Shown: one piece after another, positions 46,001 through 58,983 of the stretch
Layout: each line of letters begins with the position of its first letter
Position numbering within the stretch: position 1 is the first letter of the stretch
NCBI GenBank assembly: GCA_964016885.1
Contig: OZ024741.1
Location: 355,260,001 to 355,324,000, forward strand
DNA: 64,000 nucleotides
Direction of reading: 5' to 3'
From: Eledone cirrhosa
Lineage: Eukaryota
Made by a program: the position numbers and the translations under genes
Notes under the pieces: model-generated
Told to the model about the DNA's origin: nothing
Seen by the model: the letters and a program-made list of their open reading frames with translations, nothing else
The model's database searches: none

Positions 46001-49000
46001 TTTGGAAGATTAAAACTATAGAGGCCCGTCAAATAACAGTCCCCTTTTGGAGTTGTAATAAGACTGATTTAACAGTACCATTTAGACTAGATAACTTCCT
46101 CCCTTCTTTATACCAACCTTAGAATTATAAAAGATCATGGGTACTACCCTAGATCCTTTGGCTTAGCTACTATTCTAAAGACAAACTTTTTAATCAGCCT
46201 GGTTACAGTTTAATAAGAGACAAAAATGTATCTGCAACTGGTGTAGCCACTCACTTGGGTGCCATTCTATATGTTTGACTGAGTGTCTATCATAGCATTT
46301 TAGTGGGTCTTAGAAATGTATGGTGGTGCTCATCTCCTTTTTGATTGTGCAGTCCCCCACTAAGTTTAACCTACTTGCAGACGTGGGGTATGGCTGAAAA
46401 ATGTCAGTTCATCCCTAAGGATGTTGCTACTAGATATCAAAGTATTCTCTCTACCCGAACATCCCAGTATTGAGATAAAATTTCTTCAAATGACTTCGTT
46501 CTATCTTTGAAGAAACAGTAGGTAACAGTTGGAATAACATTTCTTTACACTGTTTCACTCTACTTTCAAAGAGGCAGTTGGTAATGATATGTCCATTTTT
46601 GAAATAATGTTTTTTACATCATGGATAACAGTATGTTCAGTATTGCAATAATGTTTCTTTAAAATACTTCACTTTATTTTCAAAAGAACATATAACAATA
46701 GGCTCAGTATTGAAATAATGTTTCTTTACATCATTTCACTCTATTTTGAAAGAGACAATATCTGGTTTTAAGATAATGATTCCTTAAAACCTGAATAACA
46801 ATACATCTGGTATTGCAATAATATTTCTTTAAATCAATTTCACTCTTCTTTAAAAAAAATATAAGATAATGCTATACGCTATATTGAAATAATGTCTCTT
46901 TAAATCGTTTCACTCTAATTTCAAAGAGACAGTGAGTAACATTACATCCAGTTTTGAAATAAAAAGAATGATCAAAATATAATTATAATGATTAGAGAAT
47001 AAAATGTTATATAATAGAGATAAGTTTTGAATAGATAAGTTGTGAGTTAGTCATAGAAAACAGCTTTTCTATTGCCTTGAAATTCAAGAGAAGAACTTAC
47101 CACAAAGTTTGCCTGACAACCAGTTTGGACAGCGGCAATAAAAGTCATCTATCTGGTCAACACAGGTTCCATTACCTTGGCATTGGTTTGGAGTACAATC
47201 ATCAATGTTGATTTTACATAGTGGTCCTTTGAATCCTTAACAAAACAAAACAAAAAATAGTAACTGTCAAAATTAGGATTGTTGCCATTATTGGGTAAAT
47301 CTGTCTTCTTGGGTGTATGTACCTACTGACATTAAGTGGGGAGACATTATTGCTTACAGTTATCTCAAGCAACTTTAAAATGGGAGAGATTATTACAGCT
47401 ATTCCTCATCAACTTTATCATCTTGGCAAACTGGTTGCATGAATCACCATGTCTCTCATTCTGCATCTGTCTTGGTTGTCCATTGTTCATGACAAGTCCT
47501 CCAAATAGCACTCAGCATCCTCACATAACTATTTCATGTAGGTTCTGTGAGGTCTGCTCACATTGGAATACACATATTTTGGTGTCCATAACAACATATT
47601 GCTGATAATTTCAGTCATCGCTCCCCAGCAGTGTCCTATGAATCTGGTTTGTTTCTCTTGGATGGCATGAGAAATTGCAGGTAGATGATCATAAAGTTGC
47701 TTTTTTGTAAGGTGTTGCTTTCAGGATATGTTTAAAGATGCTCTGAGCAGTCTCGTGTATGTTCCATCAAGTTTCTTCTGAAGTCAGATAGTGAGTGTAT
47801 ATGTAGTATACCTATACAACATGACTGACGTCATTGTCACTTGGAAGAATTCACATTTCATTTTTTGGGAGAGTTTTGATTTCCAAATTGGGAGAGATTA
47901 ATGCTTACAGTTATCTCTAGCAACTTTAAAATAGGACAGATTATTACTTACAGCTATCCCTAGCAAAATGAAATGGGAGAGATTGCTCATAGCTACCCCT
48001 AGCAAATCAGAATGAGAACCCCCAACCCACTTGTGACCATATTTATAATGAAATACATTGGTTTACTTACCTCTAGGACAAACACAGTATTTTATGCCAT
48101 TATCATTTTTCAGACAAATCCCTTCATTAAAACAAATATTCTCGTCACATGGAACAAAGTTTTTGTCTGGCTGGGTTTCATCTGAGTATTTGAGACAAAA
48201 ACAAAATCAAAAACTGTTTTTCTAAACTTTATTATAATTATTATAATTATTAATACTATTCTATATGCTATGGAAACATGGACATTAAACGATGATGATG
48301 ATCATGATGATGGTAATGATAGAAAGAGGCAAATAATTTGGCACCATCTTGGCACTGTTTTAAGGCCCTTGCTATAAAGCTGTTTTAAGGCCCTTGCTAT
48401 AAAGCAATCAGTATGACAGATCGTGTTGTGATGCACCCATCCCACATGGGCAGAAGGACAGTGGGAGTCCACATTCCCAGGATCCTGCCAGGACTGGACT
48501 CGTGGTGACTCCTGGGCTGCATAATCGAGGAGGTTACACTGGTACCCTCATCGATGTCACCAAAACTGCCCGAGAGGACTGGTCTGGGGGTGAATTTGGG
48601 GACCCTTCTCTAAATCAAACTGGAACAGCTAAAAAACATCCCAGATCATGTTTGCCTCCAGGACAGGACTGTAATACAGGTAGTCACTGAGGGCAAAAAG
48701 CCTCATTGTTTTGTTTGCTGTGAAACAGCACATTTGTGAGCCTTCTGCTCTCAGCTCAAAAATGCAGCAGGGCACAAACCTCTGTTGCTACAAACACCAG
48801 TGTGTTGGGATACAAAACCTCACTATCAGCAACACCAACATTGTCAGAGCAACCGTAAAAGTAGCAGCAATAGAAGCAGCAGAAATAACACTTACAACAA
48901 CAGCAACATCACAACTGTCAACAAAAATACAACCACCAACAGCAACATCGACACACCCACAAGAAAATAAATGAAAACATCCACAACCACAGACAAAAAA

Positions 49001-52000
49001 AGAAACTCACAACTTCAATTTTGCTGAAAAAGAACAACAAAAATCTAATGGCTCTCATAACATGAAGCCAAGACATTGAGAAAGAGGGGAAGATTCTTGG
49101 CACCTGCACCTTCAAAGTGCCTCAAACACTTTTGATGGTGCAAATGTCGCTATAAATGCACAAGAACATTAGGGATAACTTCCTCTATGACATGGAGATC
49201 CCTAGTGTAAAAGTAGGCTTTGAAAAGGGTTCCCAAAGGAACCTCACCGCCAGAAATGGAGGCTGAAACACCTGACCACCAAAAGTCCCTGGGAGGTAAG
49301 TAAATATTTCTTCTCTTGTTTAACCAGCCAGCATGGCCATCTAAAGAATAGGATGTTTAAATGTTTGTGGACTGAGTTCTTCCTGCAAGGGTTGCTTGCT
49401 GAACGACCTCAGGTCACTGAATATGGATGTCACTGCCGTCAGTGAGACCAAGATTTCCGACACATGCGAATGAGCCCCCATTTTCAACAACTATCAGATC
49501 TTAACATTTATTAGTCAGCTGGGAATGGGAAGTAGGGTGGCAGTGCTGTTTAGGAAAGGCCTGGGCCTTGAGTTAAGGATGATCTTCCTGGACCCAGACA
49601 GTAAATTGGTGGTCCTGGACATGAACAATAGCAAAGGTGGTGCCTTTAGTCTGGTGGTTCTCAACGCCCTGACTGGAGCCAGATGACCGGACTTCTTTAG
49701 GCATCTGGAAGTTTTTCTGGAAATGTCTCACCCTTTACTGTTAGTGGGGGACTGGAATGGCATCTTAGACACGGTGGGATTGTGTAGGAGTAGCTGATAG
49801 GATCACAGGGTGAAAAAGCCTCAAGTACTTGATCAGCCAGTTCTAACTGTCTGGCAGGTACCAACTAGATTTCCTTAATGTGACTGTGTGGACATCAACC
49901 ACACAGAGTCATCTAGATTATATATATAGATAGGTATTTTATTTATTAGGACAGTAGATAAAGATAGTATAGTTTGTCCATATTTCCAAATTTGTAATCC
50001 ACATGGTCGACCTAGATAGAACTCATAGGCTAGGACCTGATTACTGGAAGATGAACTTGTCATTCCCAGTACGTTAAGCTTACAGGGACCAGGTCACCAC
50101 TTTAGTTAAGTATAAGTTGACAAGGGTGGGCCCAAAACAGCAGGTTGACAATTGATAGCTGGCCAGATAATCAGGTCACTCTGCTCTAATGTCAATGTCT
50201 CGAGTTGCCTGCTCCTTCTTTTCCTTTCTCCCTTTCCATTGAAGGAGATGAACACACTACTGTAAGCTGGTGTAGTAGCACACTTTAAATTTAGAGTGGT
50301 GCCACAGTTTACATAACTTATAGAGTTATAATTTATAAAAATATTCACCAAGGTCTGCAAGAAAGAAATTATTTCTAAGAAACTGAGATCAGTTTAAGTG
50401 AAATTGTGAAACAGAGGTTGTCTATTGCCCAATTTAGCACCACCACCTTTAATGGATTCTTCTCAATTGCAAGTCTTTGGACTAGGCCTTCAGTTTGAGG
50501 ATATGTTCCTTACTCCTTCCCACCAGCCTTGGAGACTATGAAAGTGGTCATGATCACTGCAATTCCCTCTTTGACTTAACAGTAAAAGAAACACAGAAAA
50601 TGTAATTTAATAACAGTCCTTCTATTGATTGAAATTCAAGAGAACTTACCACACATTTTCCCTGTCAACCAACTTGGACAATGGCAATAGAAGTCATCAA
50701 CCTGATCAATACAGGTTCCATTACCTTGGCATCGGTTTGAAGTACAATCATCAATATTGATTTTACATAGTGGTCCTTTGAATCCTAATTAAATAAAAAT
50801 GTTATTTATTATAATAGTTAGAAGTAAAAGATCTTTGGAGGATATATATATATACATATACATATATATATATATATATATATATCATAATCATCATCAT
50901 CATCATCACAGTTTTACGTCCATTCTTTCTGACCTTGTCTTGCTTATACAGGAACTCATTCTGGCTTGATTTCTACAGCTGGATTCTCTTCCTAACACCA
51001 ACTTCATTTACAGTGAGTGCTGGGTACTTTTCTTCCGTGGCACCTACACAACCACTTTACAGTATAGGCTGGGTGTTTTTTTGCTGTGGCACCTCCACAA
51101 CCACTTTGCAGTGGGAGGGGTGGGGGCATATTGTCTATATGCTTCAGCTTCAGCTTGTAGCCATGGGAAGTCTGGTCTTCCGTGTTAATGCCAGAGGTCA
51201 CGGTCCTGTGTCATCATCTTTGTGAGGTGTAATTGGATAAAGTCGGCTTTTATCACCTCATCCCAAGTCGTCTTGGGTCTCTATGGCTTCCATCGACTTC
51301 TAGTTCTCTGCACCTTTTTATGCAGCTGGCATCCTTCATATGCATCACATGTCCATACCAATGCAACCTCCTCTCCTGCACACAGCATTTGATTCCTCTT
51401 ATGCTCAGTCTCTCTCTCTCAATTCGTTTATGCTTTGCCATTTGCGTATATTACTATTACACAGCCATTGGAGCATGCAGGCTTTGTTTCTTTCTAATCT
51501 ACGCAAGTCTTCTACACACAACACCCAGGTCTCACTACCATGTAACATTGCTGTTCATATGCATGCATCATACAGTCTGCCTTTCATTTTGAGGGAAAAG
51601 ACTTTTGCAGCTAGTAGTGGCAGTAGCTCCCTGAACTTCTTCCATCCCGCTGCTAATTCAGTCACCTAGATAGCAAAAACTGTCTACTGTGTCTACAGAA
51701 CCCTCCCAGAGTTTGGTGGTGCTTGTTTCCTGTGGCCGTTTGCAGCTTGCTGTCCCAGTGCAGCTGCTACATGTAAAGCCTACATTCTTAGCTAAGCTTC
51801 CGGAGATCCCACTACATCTCTTGTGGACCCATTGTTTGCATTTGGGGCAGAGAAATGGAGTTCCTACTTATACCTTTCCTACATACTGAGCATGGCCATT
51901 TCCCTGAGGGGATCTAGGTTCTGTTATCTCGTCTACTTATGAGGACCTTAGTCTTTGTCAGGTTGACGTTGAGGCCCTTTCTTTCTAGTCCCTGCTTCTA

Positions 52001-55000
52001 TGTTTGGAATTTCTTCTCTACTTCCACCATAGATTCAGCTATAAGTGCGAGGTCATCTGCATACAGGTGTTCCTATGGGCATCTGTTCTTAAACTCCTCT
52101 GTTATTGCCTGCAATACTATAATGAACAGGAGAGGGCTAAGAACAGAGCTATAGTCATTGTTAACCCAAACTTTGCTGACAGCTCCCCTATACATGGCTT
52201 GTACTGCTTTCACAAGCCATTCATCTACTCCTAGTTTTCTAAGAGCCCACCAGATTATGGCACTGGCACTCTGTCGAAGGCATTTTCTAGATCAACAAAT
52301 GCCATTACTTTTAGCTAGGTACCTTTCCTGTAACTGCCTCACAAGGAAGAGGGCATCAGTGGTGCCTTTTCCTAGCACAAACCCAAATTGCATCTCATCT
52401 AGTTTTTCCCGGTCCCTAATCAACTGTGCTATAACTCTTTCTGTTACTTTCATGATCTGGTCCATCAGCTTTATACCTCTATAGTTTCCTCTATCTAGTG
52501 CATCACCTTTACCCTTGTAGCAGTTAACAATGATGCTGCTGTACCAATCCTTTGGTATGACACTGTCTAGTATTACCTGGTTAACAATGCATGTGGTTAT
52601 AGTGTGACCTACAGACCCAGATGCTTTCAGCATCTCGGCAGCTATACCCGATGGACCGGTTGCCTTCCCAGTGTTCATATCTTTAATTGCCTTACTTACT
52701 ACACTGCTGCTGACTTGTACTGCTGGCCCCTCTGTCGGGTCCACTTTGGGTAGGGTCTCTTTCTCCCATGCATTCTCCTCATTTAGTAATCTTTCATAAT
52801 GGCTCTGCTATGCATCTTTCTTCTCAGCACTTGTGAGGGCAAGCTCACCTTTATCATTCCGGACACACTTCTCTCCAATGACATATATATATATGTATAT
52901 ATAAGCTAGATTATTGTATTAAACCTAAGTTATTTATTTATTCATTTTATATAAATATTTATATATAAATATATTCAACATCATCATGATCATGATCAAC
53001 ATTTAATGCCTTATTCTCTATGCTTGCATAGGTTAGATGGGTTGGCCATATTATGAGGTAAGTGTGGCCAGTTGGCCACGTCATACCTTGCTCAAACGGA
53101 ACTGTATTTTGGTCTTTTTTTTTTACAGTTGGATGCTCTTCCTAACACCAACTACATTTACAGTGATATATATATATATATATGTATCTAAAGACTAAAG
53201 TCTGTCTTAAGCCAGAAGGTTCATTTGGTCGGTGCTTATCCCGGTTTCATGGTGTGAAGCAACTGAGAGTCCAAGACTCTCCCATGGACAGGACGCCAGT
53301 CCATCATAGGGTTAACTCCCCAGCTATTGCTGGTACTCATTTTCAGCTGAGTATATTGGAGCAACGTGAAATAAAGTCTTTTGCTCAAGAACACAACACG
53401 CAACCCAGGAATCGAACCCACAACATTATGATCGTAAGTCCAACACCCTTACCACTAGGCCACATGCCTCCACATATATATATGTATACGTACACATATA
53501 TATGTGTATATATATGTGTGTGTTGCATAACCACTAGCAGTTAGTCAATATATTGATTTACCATGATAAATCAACCGCCTGAAACGATCATAAAACAATG
53601 AACTGATTAAGCATCAATCTTCGTCTTTTGTTTTCATTGTTCAGTACACACACACATATATATTAGTGTATGATATAAAATATATTTATTTGACTTTTTG
53701 TCAGATAATATTTTGCGTATGTATAATATATACCAATCTATGATACACTACATACATGCACAGACATTTACATAACTACCACACAAACTATATCACTGGT
53801 TACTGTTATTTAATTACCTTTAGGACAAATACAATACTTTTTCCCAAATTCATTTTGGAAGCAGATGCCTTCATTAAAACAGATGTTTTGGTCGCATGGG
53901 ATGTATTTTTTATCTGGTTGTGTTTCATCTAAACAGAAATAGAAGAGAAAATGTTAACCTTTTCATTACCATATGTATAATAAAACAATATATTTGACTT
54001 AATTAATGAAAGAGGAATTTACTAAAGTAATAAATTATTAAGATGATATTTATAATATCATTTAATAAAATGTTCTTATATCAAATTATGCTGGAATATT
54101 TTAATTTAAACAGGAACCCATTAAATTGGATGGCTTTGTTTCATAGAACCAGAGGCAGTTTGGGACAGACTGGTATTAAAAGGGTTAGATCATAGATGAT
54201 TTTAAAATCCCATTAAGTGTCTTGTCTGAGGTTCATTTTGGCTTTCATCCTTCTGGAGTCGATAAAATAAAGTACTAGTTAAGCACTGGGGTTGATTTCT
54301 TTGACTATATAGCCCATATTTATGACTGTGTATCAATGCTAGATATCAATATATATGATTCAGGAGGCATGCTATAGGTATTGACAAAATACCTATACAA
54401 CATTATATTGTATTGACAAAATATTTCTAAGACATTATATTGTGAAATAAATCTCATGTCAGAGTAGACATGGTTATAGGTTTAAGACATTTGCTTTGTA
54501 ACCACATGATCCCAAATTTGATCCAACATGCTACAGCTATAGGTTGACAAATACTTTGCGATTTGAAATTTGGTAGACAGATATTGTATGGAAATCTGTC
54601 ATAAATGTTCTTCTGTGGGATTGGCTGTTATTGCAGTTGCTTAAGCTTGTGGTTAGCATTGGATCAGTGCAGATTAGTATGTCTTCAAGTTAAAGAAATT
54701 AACAGTCTTAGTTATATATATATAGATAGATATAGAGAGGTGAATTCCTGGTGTATAACGAGTGGTAACCACAGTTAAAGAAATCACTCAGTACAGTAGT
54801 AGAGTATAGGCTTATTTTATTTTATTATAGAAATGACTTCTACAATAAAATATATGTGTGTGTGTAAGTGCATGTGTGTGTATGTATATATTTATACATG
54901 GGTATCTTTGTGTATACTGGTCTAAATCAGTGTAAATTCTTTGTGGTTTCTCCTTAACTTTGAGGGGAAGTAACTTAGTTTTGTTGATCACTATATATCG

Positions 55001-57249
55001 ATTAATAAGTAGGTAATGAAGGTGGTGAATTGGCAGAGTCATTAGAATGTCAGATAGAATACTTTGTGGTATTCATTTTGGCTCTCAGCCCTCAGCTCTC
55101 TGAGTTCATATCCCACTGAGGTCAACTTTATTTTTCATCCATTCGAGGTTGATAAAAAAGAACCACTCTAGTACTGGGGTCGATTCTTCTCTACATCTCT
55201 TTCTCACTTCCTCTCTCTCACTCTTTATCCTTCTCTGAAAGAAATATTCTGTATTCAGACGTGGAGAGGGATGGGCACCACCAGGTTTAAAAAATGCCCT
55301 AGAAATTCTGTATGTCAATATGACTCCCTCAGGATTTACGGGACCTTACAAACCATACAAGTAGGTAATGCTAAAATAAGTACCAAACTAAGTACTGCAA
55401 TCGATATAATTAACTAAAGTCTTTGAAAGAGGTGCCCCACTATGACTACAGTGCAATGACTGAAAGTAGCAACTGATATCAACAAGCATTTCAAAGCCAT
55501 TTTATGCTAAAGCAGGGATGAGCCTTGCAGGGTCCATGAAAAGCTTCACACTCAAAATGGACTCACTTTTTGAGGCAATGTTTTATGGCCAGATGCCCTT
55601 CCTGGTACCATGTATTTTAGTTGCATCTTATGACACAGTGATATGGTGTATCTATTCTTAATGGAGTTGTAAGGGTGTTGTTCTGACAAATGGAGTGTTT
55701 TGGACATTTTAAGCCTAGTAGAGCAGATTCCTCTTCCGGTTGAAGCACAGTCAATTTCTTCCAGAGAAAGAAAGAATGGAAAAGAAATACAGGGAAAGAT
55801 TTGACCTCAATACTGGATTGGTACTTTATTCATTGACGTCAAAAGGATGAAAAGCAATGTTGACCTCAGCAGGATTTGAACTCAGAATGCAGTATTTTTA
55901 ATCCAACACCCTAACGACTCTGCCAGTTCACTTCCCTTCAGCAATAAAGCAAAACAAAACAAAACAAAAAACATAAGAAAATCAACAGAAGGCTGAACAC
56001 TTACTGCAAATCTTTCCAGCAAGGCCATCAGGGCAATAACAGAAGAAATCATCGATCCAGTCAATACAAATAGCTTTGGCATGGCATTTATTTGGGTTGC
56101 AATCATCAATGTTCGTCTCACAGAGATTTCCAGTGAAACCTGTCATGATATTGGAGTTGTGAAAGAGAGTCATTTTGGTAATATCACATGACTATATTTG
56201 AGATAAATGAATATGTGAAGAAAATATATGACTGTCTGTTGTATATGTGGGGTTATAAGTGGCAAACTGGAAGTAACAGAAGCTGTGACATCATGTGAGT
56301 GGAGGGGCAAAACAAGAGGCTCTCTTTCTTCATATAGATTTGTAGTTAGTACACGAGTGTCTGTAAGTTTGAGTGAAACCTGGGATTTCTCAGAAAATCC
56401 TGAGTTTCACACAAGCTTAACCCTTTATGATTTAAACCGGCCATATCCGGCCAGAATTCTTTCACCTTTTTCTGTTCCAACTGACCGTGACCGGCCACTC
56501 CTACTGATGTTAGAGTATTCTCAAAATGAATAATTTCAAAATCTCATATATTCTATATTATGTGAGATAATTATGTGAGGTAAAGCCTTTACTGTGAAAA
56601 TTCAATAGTAAATATAGAGTAATGTAAATTCTAAAGGGTTAAAGACACGTCCACTCACATCAAATCCACACAAAGAAAGTGACCCTCTCGTTTTGCCCTT
56701 TCACTCATGTAACATCACTGATCCTGTTATTTCCACAAGTCCACAGTATATGTTTATTTTTAGTGTGGCTTTATTTTTAGAATACATTTTATCAGTTAAG
56801 GAGTCAGTGGCATAGTTGAGGTGGAATGGAATGCATGGGGGATTTCCACCCTGGATGAAACTTTTAAGGGGTGGCACTTTTGGGCTTATTGTATGTATTT
56901 TCCCGGTGGCAAACTCAAAGGATGCCCTAGGTGACACACACTCTAGCTATGTCACTGTAAGGAGAGAGAATGCCCATGCCTTTTTACAAGCCCTTCCACA
57001 GGGGTTGATGTGGTAGATATGCAAGATTAAATGGAATGAAAACTACCAGTAGCAAAGGAATCCCCAACTTTAATCAAGAGAGAAATCAAACTGACCTTTC
57101 ATACATTTGCAGATATACCCATTAACTTTGTCGATACATATACCGTCGTGCTGGCAAGGGTTACTTAAGCACTCATTAATATTCGCCTCACACCTCTGGC
57201 CTTTGAAACCTGGTTTGCAGTGGCATTTGTATTCTGATGCATTCAGTTG
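42820..57249 (-). CDS. Single-pass EGF-repeat (Notch/Delta-type, Ca-binding) membrane protein, 3' partial: complement(join(42820..43037,47101..47235,48071..48181,50650..50784,53818..53928,56005..56139,57096..57249))
   Basis: Seven GT-AG exons joined by phase-1 introns give 999 nt: 6 complete EGF domains plus a partial one, stalk, TM (LAVLLLLFFGIAFIIIIIACIW), RKERR stop-transfer, 27-aa tail, TAA, then AATAAA. Confidence 0.88.
44698..45908 (+). mobile_element. 5'-truncated RTE LINE, second PHD-bearing subfamily, with (GAT)n tail
   Basis: ORFs 44617..45006, 44988..45683 and 45687..45884 are collinear with the 816-aa ORF; very short 3' UTR. Confidence 0.92.
46490..46965. repeat. Degenerate AT-rich tandem repeat
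   Basis: TGAAATAATGTTTCTTTA...TTTCACTCTA..TTCAAAGAG recurs about 8 times. Confidence 0.65.
47101..47235 (-). CDS. EGF gene exon, 135-nt type A (GFKGPLCKINIDDCTPNQCQGNGTCVDQIDDFYCRCPNWLSGKLC)
   Basis: AAG acceptor after T-rich tract, GTAAGT donor; paralogous to 50650..50784. Confidence 0.92.
48071..48181 (-). CDS. EGF gene exon, 111-nt type B (DETQPDKNFVPCDENICFNEGICLKNDNGIKYCVCPR)
   Basis: CAG acceptor, GTAAGT donor; paralogous to 53818..53928. Confidence 0.92.
48410..50100 (+). mobile_element. Decayed L1/Tx1-like LINE 5' region (ORF1 remnant + AP endonuclease)
   Basis: LNDLRSLNMDVTAVSETK, KLVVLDM and LLLVGDWNGILD motifs at 49400..49770. Confidence 0.6.
50650..50784 (-). CDS. EGF gene exon, 135-nt type A (GFKGPLCKINIDDCTSNRCQGNGTCIDQVDDFYCHCPSWLTGKMC)
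   Basis: TAG acceptor, GTAAGT donor, phase 1/1. Confidence 0.92.
50885..52883 (-). mobile_element. 5'-truncated RTE LINE, third PHD-bearing subfamily
   Basis: ORF 52292..52744 is closely similar to the 816-aa RT; (CAT)n tail; (TA)n flanks. Confidence 0.9.
53200..53473 (-). mobile_element. tRNA-derived SINE of a second (CORE-like) family
   Basis: Head GTGGCCTAGTGGTAAG...GGGTTCGATTCCT followed by TTGAGCAA..ACTTTATTTCAC..CTCAGCTGAAAATGAGTACC. Confidence 0.7.
53818..53928 (-). CDS. EGF gene exon, 111-nt type B (NETQPDKKYIPCDQNICFNEGICFQNEFGKKYCICPK)
   Basis: TAG acceptor, GTAATT donor, phase 1/1; EGF cysteine spacing. Confidence 0.9.
53953..54187. mobile_element. piggyBac-type MITE (family 2); relatives near 6112, 20882, 22452 and 23210
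   Basis: TTAACCTTTTCATTACC...GGTATTAAAAGGGTTA termini. Confidence 0.6.
56005..56139 (-). CDS. EGF gene exon, 135-nt type A (GFTGNLCETNIDDCNPNKCHAKAICIDWIDDFFCYCPDGLAGKIC)
   Basis: CAG acceptor, GTAAGT donor, phase 1/1; visible in ORF 55982..56173. Confidence 0.93.
56421..56638. mobile_element. piggyBac-type MITE (family 1, opposite orientation)
   Basis: TTAA-CCCTTTA...TAAAGGG-TTAA. Confidence 0.85.
57096..57249 (-). CDS. EGF gene exon (QLNASEYKCHCKPGFKGQRCEANINECLSNPCQHDGICIDKVNGYICKCMK)
   Basis: CAG acceptor, G/GTCAGT donor; Ca-EGF consensus. Confidence 0.92.
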
Positions 57250-58572
57250 CTGGTGTAATTTTCAAGTGAAAATAGAAAAATAAAAAGCAGGTGAGAGAGA
57301 GAGGAAGGGAGAAAGAGATACAAAGACAAACAAGATAAAATAAATAAGAAAATATAATAAATTATCAGAACATTGGATAAAATGCTTTACAGTGTTCATT
57401 CTGGCTATGAGTGCTCTGAGTTCAAATCTTGCTCAAGTCAAATTTGCCTTACATCCTTTCAAGGCCGATAAAAAAAAGTACCAGTCCAGTACTGGGTTGA
57501 TTCTTTCTCTATATCTTTTTATCACTTCCTCTCCTCCTTTCTCTCTCTCCTTCATTGGAAAAAATCAGCTGTGTTCAAAGTTAGAGAAGGGATGGGTTCC
57601 ATCAGGTTTGAAATGTCCCAAGACATGCCATTTGTCACTATTGTGCCCCTATGACTCAATCAGGAGTTAAAGGTCCTTATTTACATAACCTCAGATTTAT
57701 GGAAGAGAGGATGCAGGCATAGCCAAATGGTTAAGAAGTTTACTTCACAATCATGTTTTAGGTTCTGCATAGTATTTTGAGTAAATATCTTTTACCATGG
57801 CCTTTGTTTGAACCAAGCCTTATAAGTAAAATTGGGATAACAATTGGTACCTTCTTGGGATTGGAAAAGGATAAAAACCGTGTAACAAAAAAAAAAATTT
57901 TCTCTGTTCCTGGCTTGTAATCACTTTTTTTCTATTGCTTAGGTCCCAAATAAAAAAAAAAAGTGCTATTAAACAGTTAAAGTTTGGGTTTGTAAAAATT
58001 CTAAGTTATTCACTAGAATTATTTGTATGCTAGATTTTACGTTGTATGTAAGTTTAATTTGCTTATGTTAAATTATTTTTTTTATATATGTTTCAGGTTA
58101 AATTAAAATTATAAAATAAAGAGTAATACCTAAAGAAAATTATAAAAGTGCAATAAAGTATAAAATTGTTAAAAAGTGGATTAAAGAGATTTATTGATAC
58201 TGGATTTTCGCACCCTGAATAAAGGGTAAGTTGTGTTTTAAGCATTCGTCTCCAGGATGAAGCAGTGGAACTTGGTCAAGAAGGAAATGCAGGTGACAAG
58301 TCAGAGAAGTCGACACAAACCTTTCTCAGGCTTTTACACTCTTAGCGATGGCCTCTGCTTCTGCCATGACGTGCCTGGACTGTTTGACGTTATTGGGGTG
58401 CTGTTTGTGCTCAAGGAGTGGCGGCTATTTATAGACAGCTCCACCACAAGTTTGAAGGCTGTCCTCCTCCACAATGGAAACAAGTTCCCGACACTGCCCC
58501 TAGCTGATTCAGTCTGCCTGAAGGAAGATTACTACAGTGTGAAAGTCCTCTTGGAAGCTCTGCAATACAACC

Positions 58573-58842
58573 AGTGGGTATGGTGCGGTGTGCGGTGGCC
58601 GGAAGCTGGGGAGTGCTCAACCGGAAGAGTGCTTGACCGGAAGGGTGCTTGGCCGGAAGGGTGCTCGACCAGAAGGGCCAGCAGATCGGTCTCTCTCTAG
58701 TGGTGACCAGGAACGGTGTGGACGCGAGCTTGGCAGCTCCCGGGTGTTAATGAGTTGGACGCATGTGGAAGAGGAGAAACCAGCCTTGGGATTTAGCGGC
58801 GCCTATGAAAAGCGGTAAGTGAGATAGCTTTTTCTAACCACA
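58573..58842 (+). repeat. 5' LTR
   Basis: Direct repeat of 62537..62806. Confidence 0.95.
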
Positions 58843-58983
58843 TGCTATTTCGGCACTGGAAATTGAGATCTGATTGAAAAAAAAAAAAAAAAAAAAAAAA
58901 ACTTTCTCGAAAACAAAGCTACTGGAAAAACTGAGAGGAGTCTGTTGTTTTTTAAAATTACGTACCGCAAGACAAATTAGGAT

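Noticed and set aside
42820-57249. Naming the EGF gene Notch, Delta, Crumbs or Slit
   Set aside because: No LNR/ankyrin, LamG, ERLI or cystine-knot features are visible and the 5' end lies outside the window, so no symbol was assigned.
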